Shown one piece after another: positions 50,100-64,000 of a stretch of DNA of 64,000 bases (within the stretch, counting starts at the first letter, position 1; each line of letters opens with the position of its first letter). Both the position numbers and the translations under genes were made by a program. The DNA lies in contig OZ024743.1 in NCBI GenBank assembly GCA_964016885.1, positions 161,138,001 to 161,202,000 on the forward strand. The letters are read 5' to 3'. The notes under the pieces were generated by a model. That model ran no database searches and was not told the origin of the DNA. It saw only the letters and a list, made by a program, of their open reading frames with translations. The DNA comes from Eledone cirrhosa (Eukaryota).

Positions 50100-50234
50100 G
50101 AACCAAATAAATATATATATTTAAAAAAAAAAGACTCTAGTTGCATTTTCGATTTCATCTTTTTTCCTTATACTTTCACTCGTGTAGAACACGTCGGTTT
50201 TTTTTCATTTTGTAAAAAAAACCTCACTTTCTAA

Positions 50235-50656
<422 letters not shown>

Positions 50657-50958
50657 TTCAATGAAGACAGAAGCTCAAATTCCAATTGTCTTGCGTCATG
50701 GTTTTAGAAATCCGTACTATGTAATGGTGAAACATTAAAGGAATATACTGGAATCCGACCTTTTTTCATTGAAGTATTTAACCCCATTGCTGTAGCATCC
50801 ACGAGATACCACATGAACAATGGTTGATGCACATAACGCCAAATGTTTTTGCTTATTGCATCATGGTCAGCGGAATGTCTAGATCTACTTATTAGTTAAA
50901 CTATCCAACATAAAACTGTACATGTGTGTGTGTGGGGGGGGGGGGGGTATGCATGTAC

Positions 50959-51010
<52 letters not shown>

Positions 51011-51180
51011 CGAAGGAAATGTGGTAAGGAACCAGATGGACCATAACGCAACAAAGTACTCAATACTTAGGGTAGTAGAGTGGGTAATAGGAACCAGTAG
51101 GACCCCGACGGCTGAGCTCAAGCCGTTTCGACGGCTAATTCAGAATTAGCCGTCGAAACGGCTTGAGCTCAGCCGTCGGG

Positions 51181-51290
51181 GAGTGGTTAGGGAATTAGAT
51201 TCACAATCATGAGGTTGTGAGTTCGATTCTTGGACCGGGCGATGCGTTATGTCTGTGGGCAAGACACTTTATTTCACGTTGCTCCTTCTA
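51181..51290 (+). mobile_element. SINE family B
   Basis: AGTGGTTAGGG..GTGAGTTCGATTC..GCAAGACACTTTATTTCACGTTGCTCC. Confidence 0.8.
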
Positions 51291-51856
51291 GCTGGAGTTG
51301 CGACCGATAGATAGTATTAGCAATTGGAAAGACCAACGGAAACATTGTTTCCTCAGTCCGATTTCACGAAAGTCAATCGACTGTCGATATAGATATATAT
51401 ATATATGTATCAACAGTATATCGATTTGTTATATATATATATTTATATAGCAAAGCGGGTGTGGTAAGATGCCAGGTAGACGATATATATAGAGATATGT
51501 ATATAAATATATATGTGTATATTTGTGTGTGTGAATGTGTGGGTGTGTTACATACGTACGCATGTATGTATCTACATAGTCTGTCACTAATATTGCATAA
51601 ATAGAGAAAGACAATGGTTTTGCGCGATAGTCTGATGACGTGTGCTGTCCGTAGAAATACGTATTAAGTAATTGTGGAATATTAAAAATATAGTGGAATC
51701 CGACCTTCTTTTTACATTGAAGTATTTAACTCCGTTCCTGCACAAACCACATCTACGATGCATCATACACATAACGTTGAGGGCTTTTGATCCTTGCATC
51801 TCGGCTGATAATCGGAATGACTAGATCTACCTATTAGTTAAACAATCCAGCATAAA

Positions 51857-53122
<1,266 letters not shown>

Positions 53123-53211
53123 ATGGAAAAATTTGAACAGGAACAAAACAGAGAGGCAGTACAACGAATGTTTATTAATTTCACGCTCTGGAGAGTGGGG
53201 TGGTGGTGGGG

Positions 53212-53246
53212 AACGACGTTTCGGGCATAAGCCCTTCCTCAGGTGA
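53212..53246 (-). ncRNA. Minimal type I hammerhead
   Basis: AC CTGAGGA A GGGC TTAT GCCC GAAAC GTC GT. Stem I is weak. Confidence 0.65.
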
Positions 53247-54670
53247 GAAGTGTGTGGGAACAGAGTTCAAAGGGTGTGTAGAGGAGTGGTGGAGAGACAT
53301 ATAGCGAAAGGAAACGGTGCGAATGAAATTAAAAATAAAAATAAAAATAAAGCATGATCAAAATACAAGGAATGAAATAAAATTAAATATAAAAGCATGA
53401 TCAAAATAAACTGAAATAAAAAGGGGGTAAAACAGGTGGTGGAAGGGTGTGAGGTGTGTAGGGGTGGAGGCGGGTGTAGTGGGGAAAGGGAGACGGGGTG
53501 TCCGAGCGGGGAGGGCTGAAGGTGGTGTGTGTGTGTAGGTGTACGTGTGTGTGTGTGTGTGTGGATGTGAAAGTAAGGGTTGGGGGAAGAACGGGGTTGC
53601 ATGTTAAGAAAGAGGTGTGGGGGGGGTTGTAGGTCGGAGTGTCTGTGCGTGTGTGGATAGAGGGGTGGGGGGAGAGGAATCAGGAGGCTGAGGGTGTAAA
53701 TATGTGGTGGAAAGTACGTGTGTGTGGGGTTTAAGCGTGTTGTGGGTGTAGGTGGCGTGTGGAGAAAAAAATTTTTGGGGGGGTGTGTGTGTGGGTGAGT
53801 TATATAGGTGGTTCCGTAAGAGGATGGTTGAAAAGTTGGTAAAATCCGATGATGTTTAGTGGATTCTGTGGTGGTCAAGTTCCGCATACGATTATTCCAT
53901 GAAGAGATGGTCGGAAGAGGAGAGATGTGGGGTGCGTGCGCAACAGGAAGTGGTCAAGCAGTGGGAGTACTGGGAGGTGGTCAGAGGGCATAGCAGCAGT
54001 CGGTGGAATGGTAAAGGGGCGAGGATGGGTAGGTGTGAAAGTTGGAGTGAGGAGGGTGTGTGTGTATTAGTAGAGGTGTTAGTGGGATGAGTGAGTGTGG
54101 CGCGAGGGTGTGGGTGGAGCGGGGAGAGAAGGGTGTGTGTAGTTCTATGGAGGGGTGTTAGTGGGTGTTAGTATACGGGAGGTGGGGAAGGGTTGAATGC
54201 AGGTGTGAGTGGGGGTTAGTGGTGGTAGGGTGTGTAGAGTTGGTGGTGTACGAGGGTGTGTGGGTACGTGTGCGTGGGGTTGGGGGTGTTAGTGATGTTA
54301 GTTGCGTGTGGGGTGGGTGGTGTAAGTGGGTGCGTGTGTTCGTGTGCTTGGGGTCAGGGGGTGTTAGTGAGGTTAGTTGCGGGGTGGTGGGATGGAGGTG
54401 TGGGGGTGAGGGTTAGTGGTTGTAGTAGGGTGTGTGTATAGTGTGAGCGCGTGTATATATGTGCCGGTGGGTGTGTGCGTGTGATAAGGAGGGGGAGGAG
54501 GAGAAGAAGGGAGAGATGTTAGTATGTTAGTTGGGGAAGGGTGGTCGAATGAGGGGTGGAGTGGAGGTGTTAGTATTGTTAGTAGTGGGGTGGGCGGTGA
54601 AAAGGAGGGGTGTGTTAGTGGTGTTAGTGTGGGATAAGTGTGGGGGGAGGGGGGGGGGGGGGGTCGAAGG

Positions 54671-57489
54671 CTAAAGGAATGAGGGTGGGGAGTTCAGGCC
54701 GGGGGGAGTGTGGGTCTGTAAGATGAAGATAGTTCTTTGTTCGACTCTAAGGCGATTGGCGGTTGTTCCGTGGCATTGGAGTAGGCCACAGACTGTGAGA
54801 TGGCGTGCGGAATGTCCAGGGCCACCAAAGTGGCGGGCGATGGGGGAACTACCACCGAGACGAATATCCCGGAGGTGCTCAGTGAATCGGTCCGCCAGGC
54901 GACGTCCCGTCTGTCCGACATAAGTCCGTAGACTAGGTTGGAGGTTGTGCAGCGGAAGGCATGCCGGACAGAGAGAGAGTGGCCGTTGGGACCCTGGAAG
55001 GTGGTGGTGTTGGTTATGTGGGGATAGGTGCTGCAGCGGGGCCTAGAACAGGGAAAGGAACCCGGGGGGAACAGAGCGTGGGTTGGGGGTAGGGAGCTGT
55101 GGACAAGGAGGGTGCGGAGATTGCGTGCGCGTTTGAAGGAGGGGAGTGGTGGGGTTGGGAAGATGTGGGAGGTGGAGGGGTCGGACTGGAGGCGTCGGAA
55201 GAGGCGGCGGATGGTGCGGTGGAGGGGTAAGGTGGAGGGGTGGTAGGTGATGGGGAAGGGGAGACGGTGGGTGGGTGTGCAGTGGCGTGGGGTGAGGGTG
55301 GTGGAGCGGTGGACAGCACGGGCGCGGGTGAGAGCGGTGTGGACGAGAGAGGGGGGTAACCTCTGCGGATGAAATGGCTGACTAGGGAAAGGGCCTGGGA
55401 CTCGAAGTCAGCATCTCGGCTACAGAGGCGGCGTATCCTGTGAAGTTGGGAGTAGGGAATGGAGTGTTTAGTGTGGGTGGGGTGGGAAGAGGTGAAGTCG
55501 AGGTAAGAGTGGGAGTCGGTGGGTTTGAAGAAGGCGGAGGTGACGAGGGAGTGGTGGGAGGGGTCGAAGGCGACGGAGATGTCTAAGAAGTGGACGTGGG
55601 TGGTGGAGATAGAGGTGGTGAAGTGGAGGGAGGGGTGGAAGGAGCAGAAGAAGGAGAGAAAGGAGTCGAGCTGTTCTCGGGTGAGGGTCGTGGCTCCGAT
55701 ACAGTCGTCGATGTAACGACCGTACAGTTCGGGCGTGGGGCCGGTGTACTGGGCAAAGACGTGGGCCTCAACATGGCCAACAAAAAGGTTGGCATAGGTC
55801 GGGCCCATTCTTGTACCCATGGCTACCCCCGTGACCTGTTGGTAAAACTCACCCGAGAAGGAGAAACAATTTAGGGTGGGGACCAGCTCGGCGAGGCGAA
55901 GGAGGGTGGGGGTGGAGGGAATGGGTGAAGGGCGAAGGTTGAGGTAGTGTTTGAGGGCGCGTAGGCCGTCGGCGTGGAGGATGACGCGGTATAGAGGGAC
56001 TTGATGTCTAGGGTGAAGAGGAAGGGCTGTGGGTCGGGTGGGTAGGTGAAGGAGTCGAAAAGGCGCAGAGCGTGGTTGGTGTCGGAGATGTGAGAGGGGA
56101 GGGTGGTGACAAGGGGGGAGAGGATGGAGTCGAGAAAGGCGGAGATGAGTTCGGTGAGGCAGTTGCAAGCGGAGACGATGAGGCGGCCGGGGTTGTCGGG
56201 TTTGTAGAGTTTGGGGAGGAAGTAGATGGTGGGGGTGCGGGGGTGCGGACGATGGGGTGGGAAGCGGTGGGGGGGAGGAAGGAGGAGGCGATAAGGTCTT
56301 TGATGGTGGAGGAGACTTGTTGTTGGTGGAGGGGGTGGGATCGGAGGGTAGAGGGCGCTAGAAGAGGAGGTTACAGAGCTGCCTGAGGGCTTCGGCCGTG
56401 TAGAGGTCCGCGCACCACACCACTACGGCGCCTCCCTTGTCCGCCGGTTTGATGACGATGTCATCTCGGCTACGGAGGGAGCGGAGAGTGAGGAGTTCGC
56501 CCCGTGAGATATTGTACCGTTTGGAACGGTGGCGGAAGTCGAAACGATTTACTGCGCTACGGCTGGCATCGACGAAGGCGTCCAGGGTGCTAAATTGCCC
56601 TGGGGCCGGCGTCCAAGAAGATGGTCGTCGGCCCAGGGCGAGAAACGGGTCTGGGGCGTCCGGAGCCGGTGGCGTTCGGCCGAAATGTGCCTGTAGCTTA
56701 GTGCGTCGCACGAATCGCTCGACTTCCGTTCGGGTGCGGAACTCGTCGCTGTGCGGAGTGTGGGGTATGAAGCGAAGGCCTCTACTAAGGAGTGAGCGCT
56801 CAGGTGCGGAGAGGGGGAGGTCAGGGGCTATGGTGACAACAAGTGGTGGGGTTTGGGTGTTTGGGGGGGAAGGGAGAGTGTGGTGAGGGGTGAGGTGGAG
56901 GGTGGAGATTGGATAGGGGTGTGGGTCGAGGGAGAGGTGGAGATTGGATAGGGGTGTGGGTCGAGGGAGAGGTGGAGAGTGGTGGGCGTATGGGGATGGG
57001 CGGGTGGTGGTGGATGGGGGTGGTTAGGAGGAGTGAGTGTAGCTTGCGGGCTTTGGTGGAGCTGAGGAAGGTGAAGAGGTTGTGGTTGAGGTTTTGGATG
57101 AAGGAGAGGATGGCTTGGGCGAGGAGGGGGTTGCAGTTGGAGTTAAGGCGGAGGAGGGTGGGGATCAGTTGGTGGTCAAGTTGGCGGAGGGTGGAACGGG
57201 AGGCGCGGATGGAGTTGCGCATCAGGAGGCGTGAGGATCGGGTGAGGATACGTTCCGTGGAGAGGGAAGCGGCGGGGGAAGGGTGGAAGTGTAGACGGAA
57301 GCCGAGGGGGATAAGGTGGAGGCGGAGGCAGTGGCTGAGGAAATGGATGTGGCTGGAGTGCCGGGTTTTGGCGAAGAGCAGGTAGGAGAGTTGAAGGGCA
57401 GAGGGGAGATAGCAGGGTGGGAGGAGGGGGGTGAGGAAAAGTTTGAGGCGATTATGTAGTTGGTGGAGAAAGGATCTCAGGCTGGGCAT
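54671..57489 (-). pseudogene. PLE polyprotein with several frameshifts and a deletion between the GIY and YIG motifs
   Basis: ORF pieces 56821-57636, 56358-56711, 55014-56168. Terminal ..GLNSPPSFL*. Confidence 0.9.
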
Positions 57490-58029
57490 GGTGGGCGTTG
57501 GGTGAAAGCAGGGGGAGGGATGAGAAAGCAGGGGTGTGAAGCGGGGTGGAGTGAACGAAGGAGTGAGTGCGAAGGATAGGCAGAGACGGGGAAGGGAAAA
57601 TGAAACAGAAAAACGTAGGGAGGGGGGAGTATACACAGGAAAATTAAAGACAAAAAATCATAAAGGTAAAAACACAGGTAATCGTGAACAAAAAATCATA
57701 GAAATAAAATTGTAAGAACACAGGCAAAGAATCATATACGGAAATAAACAAGTACAGTAACAAAATCAAACTGAGGTTTGCGTGCGTGGGGAGGGGGGTG
57801 CATTGTCTGGTCTATGTGTTAACATGGTCAAAGCTGTCTTGACAGTTGAAGCGTGAGTAGGGCGGTATTAATGACCTGACGATCTTATTTTAGATTGCCT
57901 TACTCTGTATCGACTCGTCGCTAACTTTGTAAAAGTTATTCTATATGTATATACTTCTTTGAATAAATAATTTTAGCTATCTCTCATTCATATTTTTTGT
58001 ATAACAGCGGCAAATAACCTTCTGTATGA

Positions 58030-58187
<158 letters not shown>

Positions 58188-58699
58188 GTGTGTGTGTGTC
58201 TTGTGCGTGCGTGTATATATGTTATGTACGTATGCATATATGTATGTACCTAGTCACTAATATTACATTATTAGAGAAAGTAGAGAGGAATAGGTGAGAT
58301 GTTAGCCCTTTCGCGTGAGCTAGCTATTTTACTGACAACAAATCCACAACCGAATTGAGGATCTAGTTATCGAGTAACTCAAACATCTCCTACATGGAGA
58401 TTATGATGAAACGTTTACGTCAATTGTCTGCAGCTCTTTTTAAAGACAGCGGTACAGATAAATACCTAAAAAATTTGAAATTTAGGAATTATTCATTTAA
58501 ATACATCGAACTAACGAATAATAAATGCTATAATCGTGTTTGCTCAGCGAAATATGCCAATTAGTAATCAAAGAACTAGATTTACTGGCAATTTATTTCA
58601 ATTAAATCATCTTTCGAATCTATTAAAAAGATAATAATCTTTAGAATATTAGAAATATAAGCACGACACATTAAATGATAAAATAAGTATAATAAACTG

Positions 58700-60330
58700 A
58701 AAATTATTTAATTTTAATGATGATCTTTGAATGGTTTTATTTGTTAAGCACTTGAGTATAGGTGTCAGACTTGTTGATGTCAATAACAAGACATTATCCA
58801 GATGGACATCAATCATTAAGTGGTTTTTTTTGGTGTGTTTCATTTTGTAAAATAATTGCTCACAGATAATTGCTGCCGAACAATGATACCGACTTTTTGC
58901 ATGTATTGGATATTTCTTACTTGGATGAATACATTTTTTATAGTAAAAGTCAAGCACAGGCATATCTCTATAAAGAAATTTGGATCTCAATATTTCGTCG
59001 TAGTGTATCTCAATCAATTACATTTAATAATTGTCTGATGCAAAACAAATGAAATATCACATTTTATAATCATTTGTATGAACTAAAAATCAACAAACGA
59101 GACGAAAGCTTTTTTTTCTTAATTCTCGGAACGTATTCTCAAAAAATACCTGGCTCCTGTATTTTATTAATTTATTTGTTTGTTTGTTTATTTATTTGAA
59201 AAATGATAAAACAATGTGCAACTTCTTTTTTGAAGCTTGTATTCCCATAACTTCAAATTTCAAATGCCATCATATGACCATACATTTCATGCATCAGATG
59301 TTTTTTTCATGTTTTAAATTCAAGTTATTCTTATTTCAATGAGATGCAATGTCTTTAAGAAATTCCAAAGCTGAAAGCTAATTAGGATCATGAAACTATG
59401 AAGCATCATCCACATGTTTGCTTTCAAGAAACACTGCCATCTCTTTATGCGATACAAATATTGTTTCCAGCAATTAACCTTGACTAAGCCAGGATATTCT
59501 CCAGATATAAGCCAGGTCTCCATATTCTGTATTCAACACAATCTGCTTAGCAATGATCTAATCCATTAAATGCAGCAATGTACATACTATTTTGTATTTC
59601 AATGATTCGTACATAATGACTCTTGATGGATAATGCCGTAAATTCTAAATATTTTCTGTGTGATTTTGAGGATTCCCGTTTGTTCTTGCAGCAATGTCAA
59701 TTAGCTTTGAAAAAACCAGTACCTTTTCTAAAATTATTTTCAACAAAGTTTCAAAAATATCTGCTTCAATGTCTAAATCTATCATGAAAAGTAATTGAAT
59801 AAACTCTTCGCAAATTTGAAAATGTAAGGTCACATACTGTACAAAGATTGCAAGTTGAACAGTGAATTTAAAGTATATGATCTCATCAAGCGCAATTGAA
59901 AAGAATTGCAATTTTATGCAAGTATCTCTTAAATAAGTTTTACCTTCTGTTGACAGTTCTTCAAGTTGTCATGTGATCGTTCTTGCAAGCTGATAGTTAC
60001 AATAAAAATGTATTTTCATAATAACTGACAACAACCATTGCCAGGAAACATTGCTTGACAAGCTTTCCATCTATATATGGCTTCTATCTCTATTGCTTTT
60101 CTGCAGTATGTTTTGCGACTTTGCAGATCGCACAATTTTTTTTCTTTTTTTTTTCCTGTTTTTCTTGGTAAAAATAACGCCAGTTTTTCAAAACTAACCT
60201 TCCGCTTCTCGACTTCATCTTACCTTACTTGCCACGAGAACTTGTTAAAATTTCCACTATCGCAAGTCTCGTAATGTCGTCTGATATATGCTACCTTTTT
60301 CATCACAACACTCTCTAAACTATAGATTTT
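58700..60330 (-). pseudogene. Decayed hAT transposase (GTF2IRD2/SPIN-like)
   Basis: IRRHYET, FSIALDE..QLAIFV..EEFIQL, ICEQLFYKMKHTK..HLDNVLLLTSTSLTP. Confidence 0.8.
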
Positions 60331-61429
60331 CACTCAAGGGGTAATTTATCCCGTGGTAGAAATGTTAAGGTTTCTGATGGGATTGGAAGTAATATTCAAT
60401 AAATCGTGGTTTACTGAATATGTATTATTTGTAGAATTGTAGTTGTTTTTGATTAAATCCAATAAACTTTACTGAAAGTCATAAATTGAAATTAAAATAA
60501 AGATAAATATTCTATTTGCACATTTTCCACAAACATGCTCGATGATTTTCAAGCGGTAATGTAACTGAACAAGTATTTGAGATTAGAGATGAGGTCAAAT
60601 TATTATTTTTATGTTCATGGTAATATGATTTTTTTTTACCTGGTTGAATGATGAGGACTGGATCATATCTAGCATACTTGGTTGATATCTTTGAGCAGCT
60701 GATTAAACTGAAAATGTACAAACATTATTGATTGCTTTGTAACTTCAAAGTTTTCATAAGCACACTGAAAATTTTGGACGATCATTGTTTGAAAGAAGTC
60801 TTACTGCTGGTGATAATGACGAAGTGTTTCAAGAATTTGCAAAAACAAAAAAAGAAACAAAAACACAAAAAAAGTGGCAAAAAAAAATATGTACGTCTTG
60901 CTTCCATATATCTTTGAGAGTAGGACTTTTCAACATTATTGCAAGTAAAAACGAAGCAATGCAGTAGATTGGAAGTTAAAAGTACTTGCACTGTGCTTTT
61001 TAAGTACTCCTCCTTGTATGAAACAATGGGCGAAGGAAAAGCAAATACAGCTTTCTTATTGACAGTAAATTTCATCGGAATAAAATGAATTACAATACCC
61101 TGGCATTGTATTGAACATATTGTTTATTGAAAAATTCCATAAATTTAGTTTAAGTAATTGGTTATAAATAAGAAAAATAACTACTTTTATTTGAGCTTTA
61201 AAATCCAACGACATTTTCTATTGATATTAAATTTATAAAACTCCATGACAGAAATAGCCCAAGGAAATATATATGTGCTGATATAAAAAAATTTCAGTAT
61301 TATATGCATATTATCATAAATGTACCTTTCGACTCAGACAATCTTGAAAGTGGGACATGGCATTTCAAAATATGGCGAAAAGGATGCATGTGGCAAAAAA
61401 GATTGAAAACTAATGTTCTGGCAAATGAA

Positions 61430-62300
61430 ACAAACTAGCTTCCAACATCTTCGATGAAGAAGTAACCTAGTGACCTAGTAACTCAGCACCCGGCGTCTAT
61501 TTTCCCGCGTTTTGAAGTTATTGACCTGGCGTTACTTTTTTGTTTATCCCATACTATTTTGAATCTCAAGTGGTTCAACAAGTATCGTAACACATGTAAA
61601 TATCTGGTTTATCTAATACCGTGTTATTGCAAGAGATACCAAAAATGATGTAATATACTTGGTGATGATTGGTATACTTCGGTTTTGAGAGTTAGATATC
61701 ATTCAGTTCAGCTATCTGAATCTGAACTTAGTTGGGTCTAACGGTCTTCGTTGAGGCTTCTTCGTCAAGTAAATTTCAAAGAAATCGCGTCAAGCGTGGT
61801 GTTTTTTTCTTTTTGAGGGGACGATCTGGTGCATCAATATTAAAGTTTCTAAAAGGGATTTTTTTTATATCGATTCTTGTGTCATCATCTTAGGGTCTCT
61901 GTTGGACACGTTGTTTCTTGAAATTCTCTGTATATTAGCATCTTCGACAGTCAATGATCCAACATTCTTTCAACGTGACCAACGATCGCAATTGGTGTTG
62001 TGACACAGCGTAAAAAACACACAAAATAGATTAAAATTTGCGGGAATTGTGCCTGGTGGTGACAGCCTGTAGTGATTAGATCCACACCATCTTTACATAA
62101 AACATTTTGTTCTCACTGCCCAAATGTAGTGCATCAATTAGTAGTACGATCTGCAAAAGTAGATTGTCGGGTATCTGGTATGTTTAGATCTGCAGCTGTC
62201 TATCGAACCTAGGGAGGCTTGAGGCGAAGTTAGTGTTTGTTGTGGGAGATGAAAGACGTGACATATACAATAATTTTGGTTAAATGTGTAACTTCACTTC
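61430..62300 (-). mobile_element. Highly decayed LINE RT remnant (RTE-like)
   Basis: Minus-strand fragments LKTEVYQSSP and LIDALHLG resemble RTE RT segments. No intact frame. Confidence 0.35.
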
Positions 62301-64000
62301 AGCAAAAGTAAAAAGAATACAATTACTTCGAATCATAAAAAATATAAAGTATGATGGTAGCACTCACAAATGAAGACAATGTTCGAAAAGTCTTTTGTGT
62401 TTTGCTGGAGAATCTGTGTTTAACTGAGTTATGATCAATTAGAAAGTAACAAGTAGTAGCCAGTCAGTATTATCGGCACAGGTAGTAGTAAGCACGCATT
62501 GCAAGGAAGCTGTGTTGTCTATATCAAAGGCTGATGATTCTCTGTGTGGTCGAAGTACCGATGGAAGAATTGCTGACGGGCCCTTGTCGACAGGGTCGTA
62601 ACGTTTTGCTAAGCGCTACATCTCGCTATTTGCTTGAGCAGGTCGAAGTGATGCGTCTCTCCCGAGGAACCAGAGTCACTTCAAGCTAACCAGCCACTCC
62701 AGACAACTGACGCCAACTGAGATAAAAGAGAAATAGCAGCCAGATTTCACTCGGGGGTAGTGTGTGCGAAGAGATTTCGCTACACACTGGCGTTGAGGAC
62801 TAGAGTAAGCTATAATTATGATTGAGGAGCAACTCTCTGTGGCCTTACAGCTCTTCGTTGCAGGCCCTCCTTGCGCATGATTCAATCTAGCCCGATTTTG
62901 GTACTACGTTTCTTACCCTTCAATCTCCAAATTTGAAGGTGCCTGTCCAATGTCTTCAAGCACAAAATAGTTTAATATTGAGGTGTAGAATAGACTCACC
63001 CTACCTTCGGACATACTAAGGAAATGGGTTTGTCTTGTTCATTGAACACTCTTTATATGTGAATGCTATAGTTTTACACTTGGTTGACACCCTTTCGTCA
63101 ACTTTCAAAAGTTTAGGACCAACTCTTTTTTTTTTCAATTCAAATGTTCTAGAACTTTTCGCTCGTGTGACAGCAAATTATAAAACTCGATGAAAATCCC
63201 AAAACTTTGAAGAATATCCTAAATTTATCCCGCACTCATATCAATCAGATTCGTATTTTCGCTAGATATTCCCACTAATAATGTACTTTAGTGATTTCTC
63301 TTCAAAACACGAAGTATTGAATGTTCTTTTGAAACAAGAGAATTATGCTTTCACAAGGTATTTATCGTGTAGCCTAGCATTCATTAATACTTACTCAAAA
63401 CACCACATTACATCACTTTTATTGTAATTAATGCTGGATTTATTGTGTATACTACATTGTAATAACGTTACGTTAACCTTATGGTGCGTGAATATAAAGA
63501 AATAATTAGTACAAAGTTTTCCTTGTTCCTTACTTAATACTTTTCTTTTTATCAGTTCTGATTTTCTCACATTAAAACTTTTCTCTTGCACACATTCACT
63601 AGTGAGGATTCATAATATTTTCTTCTTCGGGTTTAGTGTTATCTTGTTAAAATAGAATTATAATGTTTCTGCTTACAAATTTGAAAGATTTCTTCCGAAA
63701 ACATTGCCAAACAGTAACTACAATAAGAAGACTCGGCGAACGGTGTTAGCGAGCCAGTTTCGAACCACTGTTAATGTTAATTAACTTTATTGTCATTAAA
63801 TACCAATGGAAAATGTTTGAACGTCACAGCACAACAATTCTCTTTTATATGCTGAAAATATGTCAGTTTGTTTGAATTATTAAACATTCCATCTACTTTT
63901 CCTCGAGCATAACTTTCACAAGTTATCAGTTAAGTACAACAAAGTTACCTCCCTTAATTAGAATTACGCGTGCGGGTGTATGTTATGCATCGTGCATCAG

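Larger units (their letters stand above)
53123..57790 (-). mobile_element. Near full-length Penelope-like retroelement (RT plus C-terminal GIY-YIG)
   Basis: IVIKPADKGGAVVV, LDIKSLY, YQQVTGVAMGTRMGPTYANLFVG, RYIDD, FLD, FKPTDSHSYLDFTSSHP, YVGQTGRRLADRFTEH. HHR near the 3' end. 3' end in (TA)n. 5' boundary approximate. Confidence 0.95.

Noticed and set aside
55028-57385. Long plus-strand ORFs antisense to the PLE
   Set aside because: Explained by the G-rich, stop-poor composition of the antisense strand.
60500-61100. Possible further hAT C-terminal remnant
   Set aside because: Only vague resemblance; no diagnostic motif.
62400-63030. Possible minus-strand micro-exons (GAAGG|GTAAGA, G|GTGAGT)
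   Set aside because: Isolated donor motifs are expected by chance; no recognisable product.

Overview
AT-rich, microsatellite-saturated animal DNA. The SINE families and repeat landscape suggest a cephalopod such as Octopus (inference). No host exon could be supported. The window is almost entirely mobile DNA: two L1-Tx1 LINE derivatives, a tandem and chimeric Helitron (23787-31203), a Buster/Charlie-type hAT with perfect 8-bp TSDs, a decayed second hAT, several Penelope-like elements (PLEs; one near full length, several 5'-truncated with inverted terminal repeats), many tRNA-derived SINEs and LINE remnants. The main observation is a dense, sequence-diverse set of about 12 type I hammerhead ribozyme (HHR) motifs. 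Five have greatly extended, often branched stem II domains and sit in short non-coding units beside microsatellites, and two carry a U3:A8 core covariation. Many local palindromes look like truncated PLE-type insertions with inverted 3' ends. All structures were folded by eye. No alignment, covariance search or database search was run, so family names and novelty are unverified.
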